Counted from the first letter of the stretch, positions 15,281-31,367 are shown. The stretch: DNA of 64,000 nucleotides from the human T2T-CHM13v2.0 reference genome, Homo sapiens (GCF_009914755.1 NC_060926.1), one strand, 5' to 3'. Program-made: numbers and translations. The notes: generated by a model not told the origin, from the sequence alone.

Positions 15281-15788
15281 TATGAAAACAAATGGGGTGA
15301 CTAGTAACTACCAGGTTTTCCCAAAGGTATACAGCCTTTAAAATTATCCAACGAGTTGTCTATGTAATCCAGCTCTGAGCTCTTGCTAGCTAATTCAGTC
15401 AACCAATTATTTACTCAGCATCTGCTTTATGCCAGGCATTATGCTTCCACTGTCAAAGTCCCAATTCTTTTACTGGTGAAAATTAGTTTGAACAGCCACT
15501 TATTATTAAAGTTTACAGTCTGCATGCCATTCTGAATTGTAATTAAATAATTATTTCTTATTGATTTTATTCTTGGTTACTTCCTTCTCCCCTTTTCCAT
15601 TTATTTAAAAAGCCCCAACTTTTCAATAATAGAAAATTTCAAACACACACAAAGTTTGAAAAAAGAGTATAATGAATTCTATATGCTCATCATCCAGTTT
15701 CAACCATTAAACATAAGAAAAATGTTATCTATATCCCACCCCAGTTATTTCAGAGCAAATCCCAGACATATCATTTCCTTGTAAGTAA

Positions 15789-16092
<304 letters not shown>

Positions 16093-16354
16093 TAAACAGT
16101 ATTATCTCTAAAAGATAAAAACTCTTTAACACATCATAACATTATCACACCTAAAAATTAATTATTTGGTATCAAATAATCAGTGTTCAAATTTCCCCAA
16201 AGGTCACAAGTGATTTTGTAGATTTTTTAAATCAATCCAGATGTGGCAATTAGACAATGTGTTGATAAAATGAAGATGACCTTGATAGCAGTGTCCGTGG
16301 AGTTATAGCAGCCGAAAGCCAGATTGCAGTAGACCAAGAAATTAGCAGAAATAA

Positions 16355-16673
<319 letters not shown>

Positions 16674-18361
16674 GGCTCTTAAAAGGTTCAAATACGTGAA
16701 AGAACAGAGAGAAACTTCCAGGTACATGCAGGATCAAAATCAAAGAGAAGTCGACTGTGTTATAAACTGAAGAGAGGAAGAAGCTGAAGACATATGGGAA
16801 AATAAAGAGAAACTTAACAAAGTAAGATCCTAGAGATGAGATAGCACAAGATCAAAAGCACAGGGGAAGGGCTAACCATGAAAAAGGGAGGCCTGATACT
16901 GAAGGAAAGGAGGTTAAGATTAAATGTGAGATCAGACAAGTTTCTCTTGTGGCAGGCAGAGGTGAGGGGGGAGGCCAACACTTAAATCATCCCCAAGTTT
17001 TCTCAGTCCCTAGTTTTCTCAAGCATTAGGAGCAAAATCATTTATTAAAACCAGGTAATGCAGGCAAGTTTGGGTAGAATGCTGATGATGTCGGTAACAT
17101 ATAAGGAGACTGAGAGAAATAACTACACAGGTCAAAGAATTAATCCACATTCTAATCCTACACAGCTTTCAAATGTCACCCCTTCCAGGAGGCTTTTCTT
17201 AATTTCCTTAACCAAAGGTCATTTTTCCTCCTTGGAACCTGTGTTTTTATTTCTCGTAATAGTTTACCCATACTGTAATAATCTATGTATTTCCCTTTTT
17301 CCCAGTGGCTAATCCATAAGTACTTGGTAGGTGCTTACTTATCTGTGTGGCACAGGAAAGAATACAGTATGTTACAGCATATAATTTAGAGTCCTGTTAA
17401 ACTTTTTTAAAAAGTAGCACAACTACACTGAAAGAAGAAAAGCTGAGAGGACACTGTGGCTGGGGCAATTAAATAAGGACAAACAGAGAACACTGGCTTG
17501 AGCTAGGTATGGAAGGGATGAGAAGGCATGACAGGAATTAACCTAAATAGGGAAGTATAAATAGTGAAGTGTGTCAAGGACTGATTTCAACAATCTTATA
17601 ATATGAAAGCACTATTCACAGATAAAACTAAGCTCTTCCAATAGTAAAGAGGTTTTGGGAAAAAAAAAAGCAAAAAAAAAAAATTACTACAATGTGTGGG
17701 TGAACAAAAAAAGTGGCAGTTTTAATGTGGAGAAGGTCATTTTTGGGAAATTGATCCAAATAGTCAGGAAAATATGATAAAAAAAAAAAAAAAGCATGTA
17801 AGATTCTAGTGAACCAAGCAGGAAAAAAGAACTACATAACAGACAAAATAATTTAGATAGATTCACAGCTGGCTGAACAATGACAAGTATAGATCTTTAG
17901 TGACAAGGCTCAACAGTTTAATCAAAGTATTGATTAAAGTGATAAGAAAGAAGACTTACTACTAAGTTCTGAGGATTAACTGAAAAGGACAGCTTTAACA
18001 GTGTATGAAATCTTATTTCAAATGCTTACCACACAAATAAAAAACCATGACTTTTGCCATCCCAGATGTACGTAAGGAACATCTATCTGCCTTTTGCCCT
18101 AGGACATTTTTCTCTGGCCCTCAGTCCCAGATTTAAAGAATGAGCAGCAGAAAAGAATCTGTGAACTATGGTTCCCTCAAGACTTCTGTTCTTTGACTGA
18201 GAAATAAAAAATTAATGTCCTAGTACCTCATCCCCATTGGAGTTTATGCTAGCCACAATCAATCCCAACTCTAATGCAGCCTAAAGCCTAATTACAGACC
18301 TCTGCACCTCTTTCTTTCCACTATCAAGTGGAGGAATAATTCACGTCACATGCTCAAACTA

Positions 18362-18750
<389 letters not shown>

Positions 18751-18880
18751 TTATAGATCTACATAACACCCAAAGCACCAGTCTGTAACTTCTGTCTAGA
18801 CCATATTCTGTAGATAAGTTAACTGTGCAGTAATGACTCAAATAATAGTTCTCAACTCCAGAAGCCCACTATAGTCTACA

Positions 18881-19076
18881 AGAGGGTTCAGTAAGCTTTT
18901 TTCTAAAAGGCCAGGTGGTAAATATTTTAGGCTTTGTTGACCATACGGTCTCTGTTGCAATTACTCAACTCTGCCACTGCAGCACAGAAAACAGAAAAAT
19001 GGGCATGGCTATGTTCCAATGGCTATGTTTTATTAATAAAAACTGCTGGCAAGCAGCAGTTTACCAATATTCCTGG
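18881..19076 (+). mobile_element. MER58A (hAT-Charlie)
   Basis: GTAAATATTTTAGGCTTTG...CCATACGGTCTCTGTTGCAATTACTCAACTCTGCC. Confidence 0.8.
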
Positions 19077-19190
19077 TCTAGAGGCTAGTAATTAGGTCTA
19101 GTTTTGGTCAATTCTAACACTATTCTAGATGTAACATTTTATTTCATGTTTTAAAATAGAAACATACATGCCCTCATATGATCCTAATTA

Positions 19191-19572
<382 letters not shown>

Positions 19573-19633
19573 TTATGGATAACTGGTCATAGGTATCACC
19601 ATTTTTTTTTAAGTTTAAAAAACTGTGGAAGTT

Positions 19634-19999
<366 letters not shown>

Positions 20000-20029
20000 T
20001 TAGGTCAACTGCTATTAAAAAAAAATAAA

Positions 20030-20375
20030 GGCCAGGTACAGTAGCTCATGCCTGTAATCCCAATACTTTCAGAGGCTGAGGTGCATGGATTGTTTGAGCC
20101 CAGAAGTTTGAGACAAGCCTGGTAACATAATAAAACCCGGACTCTACAAAAAAATGTTTAAAAAACTTAGCCAGGAGTGGTGGTACATGCCTGTGGTCCC
20201 AGCTACTCCAGAGGCTGAGGTAGGAGAATCGCTTGAGCCCCAGTGAGCCAGGCTGCACCGAACCATGGTAATGCTACTGCACTCCAGCCTGGGCAACAGA
20301 GGCCAACTTTGCCTCCCTCTGTCGAGTTTTAAACTCCCTCTATCCAAGTTTGTAAGACACAACAACAACAAAAAA
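20030..20375 (+). mobile_element. AluJ-like with atypical 3' end
   Basis: TTGAGCCCAG J-type features; diverged. Confidence 0.82.
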
Positions 20376-21682
20376 GCCCCAACAAAAACAGCTCAAGGTA
20401 CTTATTAATACCTGAGAGTTGAAGGAGAATGAAGTCAGTCAAATAAAGAGCTGACCAAAGACCACTCTACCCAAACTCATAAACAAGCAAAGGTGGTAAT
20501 AGGAATGAAAGAAATTGACAAGTGTTTTGGGGGAAAAAAAAGGAGATTGCTGAAACATAATGAGCAATGGGGAAAGTGGTCTTAACAATACAAAACAGAA
20601 GTGACACCTCATCTCAAGGTAAGATGTCTCCTCAAGCAAGGCAAGCCCAGCCTCATGAAACAGGGGCTGAAGAGGCTATGTCTGCTTGCAAGGAAGGTTC
20701 AGAATGGTTGTGGCAGTTCCAGAACCTCATATCTTAATCTATTGGCCTCTATTCCAATTCTTACAATCTCCTCTTTCCCAACCATTGTCCTTTCACACAA
20801 AAGATCTTATTATTTCTCTCAATTAACATAAGCTCCCTGGGTCATCTTAACTGGTCCTTCATTCAAGAACTTCTAAGCATGTAATTTTCTTTAAGTTCTC
20901 CAATACAGCCAAAAGTAACCAGCCCATCCACACTCCTTATACTCCTCATTCTCCTCAGCAAATATTTGACAATAGCAATTTGGTCTACCAAAGTTCTGCC
21001 TTCAATAAGAACTTTATTTTACGCAACCATAAAATAAGTTAATGTTCCAATTTGTTCATGATAATGGGATCATTATTATCTTCAAATCCAACTAAGTCAG
21101 ACAACCAATCTAGATTTCCATTACTTTGAAAGTGTGCAGACTACAGCATTCCTGGAATTATATTTTTCGAGGGTTCAACAGACAAAAAAATCTAACTCTA
21201 GGTAGTTGAAGCAAAGGTTGTTTTTCAATGTTAGAAATTGTTAGGAGGCTAAAAAATGAGCCTGGGTTGAACTTTTAGGAAAAATTCACAAAACCAAACT
21301 ACAGAACGAGGCCATCAAAAAACATACAGTTTGGCCATCCCAAATCCAAAAATCCAAAATCCAAAATGTTCTGAAATATGAAACTTTTTGAGTGTTGACA
21401 TGGCATGCAAAAGAAATGTTTTTTGGAGCATTTTGGATTTCAAATTTTTAGATTTGGGATGCTCAGTCAGTATATATAATGCAAATACAGGCATACCTCA
21501 GAGACATTTTAAGTTTGCTTCCAGACCACCACAATAAAGTGAATAAAGCGAACTACATGAATTTTTTTGTTTTCCAGTGCATATAAAAGTTATATTTACG
21601 TATTACTGTTGTCTACAAAGTGTGCAATAACATTATGCCTAAAAAACAACACATATACCTTAATTTAAAAATACTCCATTGC

Positions 21683-22008
<326 letters not shown>

Positions 22009-22638
22009 TCACCTGAGCTTTCAGTGAGTTGTAATTGTTCTGCTGTTGGTAGGTCTCACTTCAATGTTGATGGCCACGGACTGATCGGGGTGGCTGTGAC
22101 AATTTCTTAAAATAAGACAGCAATAAAGTTTTGCCACATCATTTGACAATTCCTTTCATAAAAGATTTTTCTGTAACATGCAATGCTGTTTGACAGCATT
22201 TTGCCCACAGTAGAGCTTCTTTCAAAACTGGAGTCAATCTTTTCAAACCCTGCTGCTGCTTTATCAGCCAAGTTTATGGAATATTCTAAATTCTTTGTTG
22301 TCATTTCAGTAATGTTCACAGCATCTTCACTAGTGGACTCCATATCAAGAAACCACTTTCTTTACTCACCCATAAAAAGCAACTCCTTATCTGTTCAAGT
22401 TCTATCATGAGATTGCAGCAAATCAGCCACATTTTCAGGCTCCACTTCTAATTCTAGTTCTTTTGCTCCTTCTATCACATCTGCAGTTATTTCCACCATG
22501 AAAGCCCTGAACCCCTCAAAATCACTCATGAAGACTGGAATCAACTTCTTTCAAACTCTTGTTTATACTGATATTTTGACTTCCCATGAATCACGAATGT
22601 AATTAATGGCAAATCTATAATAGTGAATCCTTTCCCGG

Positions 22639-22938
22639 TTTGTTTGTTTTTTTTTGGAGACAAGGTCTCGCTCTGTCGCCCAGGCTGGAGCGCAGTAGTG
22701 TGATCTCTGCTCACTGCAACCTCCACCTCAGGAGTTCAAGCCATTCTTGTGCCTCAGCCACCTGAGTAGCTGGGATTACAGGCATGTGCCAGCATGCCTG
22801 GCTAATTTTCATATTTTTGGTAGAGATGGGGTTTCACTATGTTGGCCAGGCTGGTCTCAAATGCCTGACCTCAGGTGATCCACCTACCTTGGCCTCCGAA
22901 AGTGCTAGGATTCCAGGTGTGAGCCACTGTGCCTGGCC
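22639..22938 (-). mobile_element. AluS inside Tigger1
   Basis: Full Alu; TSD CTTTCC. Confidence 0.9.
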
Positions 22939-24306
22939 CTTTCCAGAACGTCTTTAATGTACTTTGCCCAGGTCCATCAGAGGAATGACTATCAAAGGCA
23001 GCTACAGCCTTACAAAATGTCTTTCTTAAGTAATAAGACTGGAAAGTCGAAATTACTCTTTACTCCATGGGCTACAGAATGGATGTCGTGTTAGCAGGCA
23101 TGAAAACGTTACTCTCTATGTACATTTCCATCAAACCTCTTGAGTGACTACCTGCATTGTCAATGAGCAACAATATTTTGAAAGAAATCTTTTTTTCTGA
23201 GAGGTAAGTGTCAACAGTAGGCTTAAAATATTCAGTAAACCATGCTGTAAACAGCTGTGCTGCCATTTAGGCTTTGTTGTTCCATTTAGAGAGCACAGGA
23301 GAGGAAATTTAGCATAATTCTTAAGGTCCTATGATTTACAGAGTGATAAATGAGCACTGACTGTAACTTAAAGTCACCAGCTGCACTGGTCCCCAAGAGG
23401 AGAGTCAGTGCCACCTTCATCTTCTGGATAACTTGTTGCAGCTTCTGCATCAGCACTTGCTGCTTCAACTTGCAAGTTATGGAGATGGCTTATCTCCTTA
23501 TACTTGAAGAACCAACCTCCACTAGCTTCAAACTTTTCTTCTGCAGCTTCCCCATCTCTCTCAGCCTTCAGAGAATTGCTCTGCACTAGGCTTTGGCTTA
23601 AGGGAATTTTGTGGCTGGTTTGACCTGCTATCCAGACCATAAAAATTTACCCATATAAGCAATAAGACTGTTTCATTTTCTTATCATTCGTTTGTTCACT
23701 GGAGTTAGCACTATTAATTTCCTTTAAGAACTTTTCCTTTGCATTCATGTCTTGGCTAATTGTGTGGCACAGGAGGCCTAGCTTTTGGCCTATCTGGGCT
23801 TTTGACACACCTTCCTCAATAAGCTTCATCATTTCTAACTTCTGATTTAAAATTAAAGATGTGTAATTCTTTCTCACTTGAACAATTAGAGAGCAGTGTA
23901 GGGTTATTAACTAGCCTAATTTCAATACTGTTGTCTTAGGGAATAGGGAGGTCTGAGGAAAAGGAGAGAGTTGTGGGAATGGCCAGTCAGTACAGCAGTC
24001 AGAACACAGACAACTGGACTAAGTTCACCATCTTACATGGACACCGTTCATGCTGCCCCAAAATGATTACAATAGTAACATCAAAGATCACTAACCACAG
24101 ACCACCATACAGATATAATAATGAAAAGGTATGAAATACTGCAAGAATTACCAAAATGTGACACAGACAGGAAAACATGCTGCTGGGAAAATGGCAGAGA
24201 CAGACTTGCTTGGCATAGGGTTACCACAAACCTTCAATTTGTAAGAAACACAATTATCTGCAAAAGTACAATAAATCAAAGCATAATAAAATGAGATACA
24301 CCTGCA

Positions 24307-25856
24307 TACTACCCAAAACAATTTACAAATTCAATGCTATTTCTATTTAACTACCAATGACATTCTTCACAGAATTAGAAAAAACTATTTTAAAATCCGT
24401 ATGGAACCAAAATAGCCAAGGCAATCCTAAGCAAAAAGAATAAAGCTGGAGACATCACAAGACCTGACTTGAAGCTATACTACAACTAAAACAGCATGGT
24501 ACTGGTACAAAAACAGATATACAGACCAATGGAACAGAATAGAGAGCCCAGAAATAATGTTGCACACCTACAACAAATTTGACAAAAACAAGCAGTGCAG
24601 AAAGGACTCCGTAATTCAATAAGTGGTGCTGGGATAACTAACTATATGCAGAAGACTGAAATTGGACCCCCTTCCTTATACCATATACAAATCAACTCAA
24701 GGTAGATTAAAGACTTAATTGTAAAACCTAAACTATAAAAACCCTGTAAGATAAGCTAGAAAATACCAGTCTAGATAAAGGATCTGGAAAGATTTCATGA
24801 CAAAGACGCCAAAAGCAATTGCAACAAAGACAAAAACTGACAAATCAGACCTAATTAAACTAAAGAGCTTCTGCCAAAGAAACTATCAACAGAGTAAAAC
24901 AGACAACCTACAGAATGGGAGAAAACATCTGCTAACTACGCATCTATCAAAGGTCTAACATCCAGAATCTCTAAGGAACTTAAACCTAAAAGCAAAAAAA
25001 ACAACCCCATTAAAAAGTGGGTAAAGGACACGAACAGACACTTTTCAAAAGAAGGCATACATGCGGCCAACAATCATATGAAAAAAATTCTCAACATCAC
25101 TAATCATTAGAGAAATGCAAATCAAAACCACAATTAGATACTGTCTCACACCAGTCAGAATGGCTATTACTAAAACATCTAAAAATAACAGATGCTGGTG
25201 AAGATGCAGAGAAAAGGGAACGCTTATACACTGCTGGTAAGAATGTAAATTAGTTCAGCCGTTGTGGGAAGCAGTGTAGCTATTCCTCAAAGAACTTAAA
25301 ACAATTACCATTTGACCCAGCAATCCATTACTGGGTATATATCCTAATGAATATAAATCATTCTAACATAAAGACACATGGACACATATATTTACATTAT
25401 TCACAATATTATTATTCACAATAGCAAAGATATGGAATAAACCTAAATACCCATGAACAGTAGACTGGATAAAGAAAATGAGGTACATATACACCATGGT
25501 ATACTACGCAGCCATAAAAACACGAGATCGTGTCTTCTGCAGCAACACGGATGCAGCCGGAAACCATTATCCTAAGCAAACGCATGAACAGAAAACCAAA
25601 TACTGCATGTTCTCACTTGTAAGTGGGATCTAAACAACAAGAACACATGGACACAAAAATGGGAACAACAGACATCAAGGCCTACTTGACAGTGGAGGGT
25701 GGGAGGAGGGAGAGGATCAATAAACGACCTATCAGCTACTATGCTTATTACCTGGATGGCAAAATGATCTGTGTACCAAAGCCCCGTGACACACAGTTTA
25801 TCCATATAACAAACCTGCACATACCCATGAACCTAAAATAAAAGTTTAAAAAAAAA
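24307..25856 (+). mobile_element. 5'-truncated L1PA15/16-like element (ORF2 3' end plus 3' UTR)
   Basis: ACAGCATGGTACTGGTAC, GAAATGCAAATCAAAACCACAA, and 3' end GGAGGGTGGGAGGAGGGAGAGGATC...ACCTAAAATAAAAGTT. Confidence 0.9.
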
Positions 25857-27054
25857 CATGAGGTACACCTATATTCCAAAACCCCCCCCAAAATTCAAAA
25901 CCCAAAACATTTCTGGTCTCAAGATTTTTGGATAAGGGATACTCAACCTGTATTCCCTGTCCATAAGGAAGCCGCATAGTAAATTTGAAAGCTTCGGGCT
26001 CCAGAGCATTGCACACACCAACAAATCCAAATCACAACCAGAATCCTACCAGCAAAAACAGTAAAAATAGGAAAAGAACAAACTCTGACTCACTTCTACC
26101 TTCCAAATCTCACAAGTATATCTGTGGCAGAAATAAAGTAACATTAAGAACTCTGACTGCAAAGGGATCTGAGATATGTACCTGTGAGTTTTACAGTTTC
26201 TACATAGCAGAAAGTTTGAATAGTATTGAATACCTTTGGTAATATAACATGAAACTCTGGTTTCCACACCAACAAACATACTACAATGGGAGAGTATAGA
26301 AGACAACCAAATTAAGGGAATGAAGTTGCTCAGAGGATATAAAGAAATTAGGATTTGAAGATGGAGGGGAAAGTGGGTGGGGAAAGAGTAGAGTAGATAG
26401 GGCTAAATAAATAAAACTACCATGTATATGAACAGTGTAAACAAGGACTTAAGAACTACTAAGTCCTTGTCTTGTATTAGTAAATACTAAATTATAAATA
26501 AAACACACTATAAGAATGTTGTTTTATATATCAATTAGTTGTTTTTTAGACTTAATTCTTAACCCTAAGAGCTAACAGTAACCAAATAAAACTAAAATTT
26601 ATATTGTAATGGAAAACCATAGAGGGACGATCCTGTATTTTTTAAAGGGATGGCAAAATGAACATGCCCTTTATACAACGTCCCATTAACGGGTACCATC
26701 AAATTGGATATGGTAAGTGACCAGACCACTGGTCTAAGCTAAGTCTTAAAAACAAAAAAGGAAAAAAAGCTTACTGGGATATTAATACATGCAAATTAAT
26801 TCTAAATTAACATCCAATCTTTCAAACATTAAGCTTCTATCAAAGATATACATTAAAGACCTTTTTCAAACTTAAAAATAAGACATTTTAAACATTAGAA
26901 AAAGGCTTTAGACAACAGAATTTTATTCTGAAAGTTTGCTGTTCAGTCAGAGAATCACCCCTACCCCTCCCTAAAATGTGAAAAACAAAAAACTTAGTGA
27001 TTCTATTTGTTCAAAAAATAAAAAAATTAAAAATTAAAAAAAAAAAAGGACTTA

Positions 27055-27425
27055 ATGAATGCTGTGTGCCTTGTCCATCTCTTCTTCCAGAAAATACGGA
27101 AAGCTGTACTTTCAAGCCCCAACAGTGGCTGCATAACTAGCTCTGGCCCATAAATATGAAATATGAGCACCAGTGATATAAATCACCTCTGGGCCAAGGC
27201 AGATAAAAGCACTGCCGACAGGTCCTTGGATTTCCCTCTTCCTCAGTGATCTTGGGAATAAGCATTAGAGATGGTGGCATTCCAAGACAAGGGAGCCTGG
27301 ATCACTGAGTCACCAAAGAGAAAAGAGTTCCTACAAATCCACTTTGAAACTTCACTTGAAAAACTTCTGTTAGGTTAAGACACTGAGATTTCAGGGTTTA
27401 ATTATAACTATAGTACAGTGTAGAT
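27055..27425 (+). mobile_element. MLT1I/J-like MaLR LTR
   Basis: GAGCCTGGATCACTGAGTCACC...TTAAGACACTGAGATTTCAGGGTT pattern. Confidence 0.55.
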
Positions 27426-27567
27426 ATGAGTAATAAAGAAGTCTATTTAAAAAAATGTTCCTACTCTGGTAACATAAATAGACTGTATGTCAAATTCACT
27501 ACCCACTTTAAATAGTTAAGGGCTCACATTGCTACAAAGGTAAGTAAATATACATTACAGAGGTATG

Positions 27568-27570
<3 letters not shown>

Positions 27571-27601
<31 letters not shown>

Positions 27602-27606
27602 AGAGA
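27571..27606. repeat. (CA)14(GA)4 microsatellite; reads (UC)4(UG)14 in the pre-mRNA
   Basis: Directly visible, 44-79 nt into intron 2. Confidence 0.97.
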
Positions 27607-27649
27607 TGAGTGAATAAAAGTAACTTTTGGTAACAAGAATATGACTTAC

Positions 27650-27689
27650 AGTGTGAGCACATTTCCAAAGGATAACTTGCCTCATTTCC
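27650..27689 (-). CDS. PPP3R1: PPP3R1 exon 2 (G2-H14 plus 1 nt; contains the N-myristoylated Gly2)
   Basis: Minus strand: tatttctttctttccccccag|GGA AAT GAG GCA AGT TAT CCT TTG GAA ATG TGC TCA CAC T|gtaagt. Confidence 0.97.
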
Positions 27690-27718
27690 CTGGGGGGAAA
27701 GAAAGAAATAATTAGTCA
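27690..27718 (-). promoter_or_regulatory. Intron 1 3' splice site: branch point TGACTAAT (branch A at about 27712, -23), polypyrimidine tract, CAG
   Basis: Plus strand ct ggggggaaagaaagaaata attagtca. Confidence 0.8.
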
Positions 27719-30700
27719 TAAAATAGGCACAAATTTGTTTAAAATATTAAACCTAAATATTTTAAGTCAAAAAACATAGGGAAATAAGCCATAAACTAAT
27801 AATATGACCACATATATAAATTACATTTATATTTTTAAAAAATAAGAAAACAAATGATAATACTGTAGAAAGAGTTCTTGAATCAAACTGTTCTGACTTA
27901 TGACTCTGTCACTTAGGATTTATGCAAATATTTGATTGCAATATATTTCAAATATTTTCTAATACCCTAAATAAGTTATATGCCAAATTTTAACACATTA
28001 GGGACTGTCAATGTTCCAACATGTCTTGCTGGGTGAACTGATTTTGCAGTAGAGATTAGAACAAAGATTCCCTTGCCAACTCTAACTGAAGAGTTTCCTG
28101 AGACTGCAAAATGAGCTGTTAAAAACAAAAAAACAGAAACCTGCTACCATTTTTCCCTGCATTGAAACATAATTTTCTATATGCTGAGCAACTAAAATAA
28201 GAAAAACATTAATGGAAAGGTGAGTCTAACTTGACAGCCAGCCACTTGAAAACCATTTCAAATTTTTCTTTTCATACAAAGTCTTATTTCATGAATAGAC
28301 CCTAACTTAACATAATTTATCTGAGCTCCTAATTTATATATAAAAAAAGTAGAACTATCAATTTTCTATACTAGGATTTTATGTGAAATATATTTAAGAA
28401 AAAAAGTGTTCTAGAAAAACTAGAGACCTGGGTCAGTGCCTACATTTAACAACTCTTGAGAACTGGGACCAGGGAGGTCAAATATCTGCTGGAAGATCAC
28501 ACCATTTGATTAGCAGTGGAATCGAAAGTACTTCTAAATCTAAAACAGTAATATCTCAAGTAGTATAACAGACTCAGAGGTAGAATCATTAAGGTCTTTA
28601 AAAACGTCTACAGAATTTAAAGTAATATAAATTAAGTTTTTAAAGTTCAGTGGTAAATTGAATACGAAGCATCCTATATTCTATTTATCTAACCTTGACC
28701 CTGCCTAGCAATTAAATAGCAGTAAGTATACAGTTGCTATTAATTTAAGTGTACAATTAACATGGGCATATTTAAATATATATCTTCAGAAGCTACTGAA
28801 AACCTGAATTCTTTTTTTTAGTATGACTGGCTGGCTTTTAAACTCCTCAACGTACCTTTAATCTTATGTAAACTTAAAGGCTAATCAGTAAATTACCACA
28901 TTCAATTAACTGACATATTGCCAATAGCTAGTCTTTTTCTTGCAAGTTATAGCAGATAATTGCAATTTTCCAGAACTGGTTAATTTAATATTAGGTCACT
29001 TTAAATATCAAATATGTTAAAGTGAGGATAAAAGAAAGCAAACATTAATAAAGCTTGATATTAATGAACAGAGATGGATTTCTGCTTACTTTGCACATTA
29101 CTTAATTGATCTTAATATTCTTACCATGATTCTTATCTTCACTGCCTTACATATTCTTGCTGTCTTAATTTTTTTAATGTTTTTTTTTCCTTATTCCACT
29201 CCACCTTAAAGTTAAGTATGTTTCTTGCAAGACTCTCAAGAGCATACCGGTATTTTATTTACTAAAATTTGCACTGTCACTGTGAGTTTTTTTTTTTTTA
29301 AATAAGTATCATTACTGTTTTATAAGTGAAGGTAAAAAAGTGTTATGTGGTGGTTTCAAGCAGGATTTTAAAACCAGGTCCTTGTTTCTCCAGTTCACTG
29401 ACCTTTACAGTGTTATCAATTCTTTCTAAATGATACCATCTATCTCACCTATTTATCTGTATCATTCCCAACTAGACAACGTCCACAAGACCTAAGAACC
29501 AACCAGTCCAGGGCTCCTAAGGACTTTCCCATTAACAAAGAATAACTCGTCTTGCTCCTAAACTTGGAATGCATATATCCAAAACACTACTGCAACCACA
29601 ATCTGTCCCAAACTGACCACATCACATCTCTGCTAAAATTCAATAGCTCCCACCTGCCTTCAGAATAAAAACCAACACTCTTTAGAAAGCTAAGTAAAGT
29701 CCTTTAATTAAGAGAACTCGTATCTCTGTAGTCACTCTCCCAAACAGCACCACCATCTCTATCCTACACTCCCCACTTTTTACTTCAAATTCTGTATTGT
29801 TTGAACTTTCACAGCAAGAATGTCTTCATAGTCTACCTTCCATTTAAAAAAGGAAACCAAAGCAAAACATGGCAATATAAAGATAATTTTGTCAATATGG
29901 TCAATATAATTTTGTTCCACGTTCAGTCTTCCTCATGCTTAGTCATTAGTAAAAACAGGAGTTTTGGAGATTCCCCTTTATACTCCTCTCCACACCCCCT
30001 CACGTTCAGCTTCTTAAGCTACTACCTGGGAGTATTACATTTATCAGTAATTGTTTCATTCAGGTTTGGTGTGTGGGCTATAGTTTATTGATCCCTGAAC
30101 CTAATGCATAATTACATTTAACAAAAAATACACATCAGTTTGTAAATTATTATATCAGACTTAACTGGAAAAAATAGCATTTCTGAAGGTAAATTAATTC
30201 TGCAGTGAATTTGTAGCCAATAGCTCCAGTCTAGGGTTGGGAAATACTAAAATAATGATAGATACTGTGAGAGACATACCCAATAAGGTACTGACATTTA
30301 CTTCTAAGAGAACCACTCAACTAAACAAAACCATAAAATTATATCTAAATATGAAAAAAGTCCTAAAGCTAACATGTTTTAAGTTTACATAAGAACACTT
30401 GAAGAATTCAAACATCATGCCACATGACCAAGTTACTGACAAGATCACTTGTTGATGAGGTCCTTAAATAAATCCATTTGCCTGAAGTTCAAGATAGACT
30501 CCCCTTACACTATACTGATTTAAAAATTCAGTAACATCTGCCCATGGGGGAGAAATGCTATATGAACCACTTGACCAGTGTTAAAAAAAACTAGTAAATC
30601 AGAAAAATTTTATCAAACAACATTTATCAGGCATTTTCTGTGATCATCTATATAAGAAAACAAAAGAGGTAAAGCCCTTAGGATCTATGTCCCAGCTTAC

Positions 30701-31367
30701 TGTCTGGAGAAAGTTTCCAGGTTGCAGCACAGGAACAGAGAACAGAAACACAATCCCGAGACATCGCCAAATTGAGAAGTCAGAGATACATGAAGTTCGT
30801 ATGGCCAAGGAGGTGAGACTTGTGAGGAAGAGTACTTCAGAAAAGGGAGACACATGAGAGAACTTTGGAGATCTGCATAAAAGTCTCCTCCAGTCTCTGC
30901 ATAAGTTTGAGAGGAAACTCCCCAAGTCCAGGAAAAGAACTAGTAGCAGGTTGAATAACTTTTGGGAGTTTGCACAGAGCTAGGAATAGTTCATGATCCC
31001 ATGGGCCAAACTGGAGAAACTTGTAAATACACAGGGAATTGGGTCCAGTCCTCAGAACGACTATATTGGCCATGAATTAAAGGCTGTTCTTTACTTACCT
31101 TAAGAAAGATAGAAAACAAATCTCAGATCAAATTTGGGTCTCAGTAACTTAAGTGGATGGCAAAACAAACTCTTACGTTCTTTAAAGGAATAAAACAAAA
31201 TCTAGCACAACAGCATAAGATTCACAATGTATGTATGACATCCAATATAAAACATAATAGGACGCTATAAAATGGATGAACTTCAAAATCATGGTAAGTA
31301 AAAGAAGCCAAAAACAAAAGGCCACATTTTATGATTCCATTTATATGAAATATACTGATAAAGAAAA

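Noticed and set aside
22107-23877. Domesticated TIGD1-like transposase gene
   Set aside because: Split across frames, interrupted by an Alu, and the region near 23408-23420 appears to lack the segment with the first catalytic Asp; a fossil Tigger1
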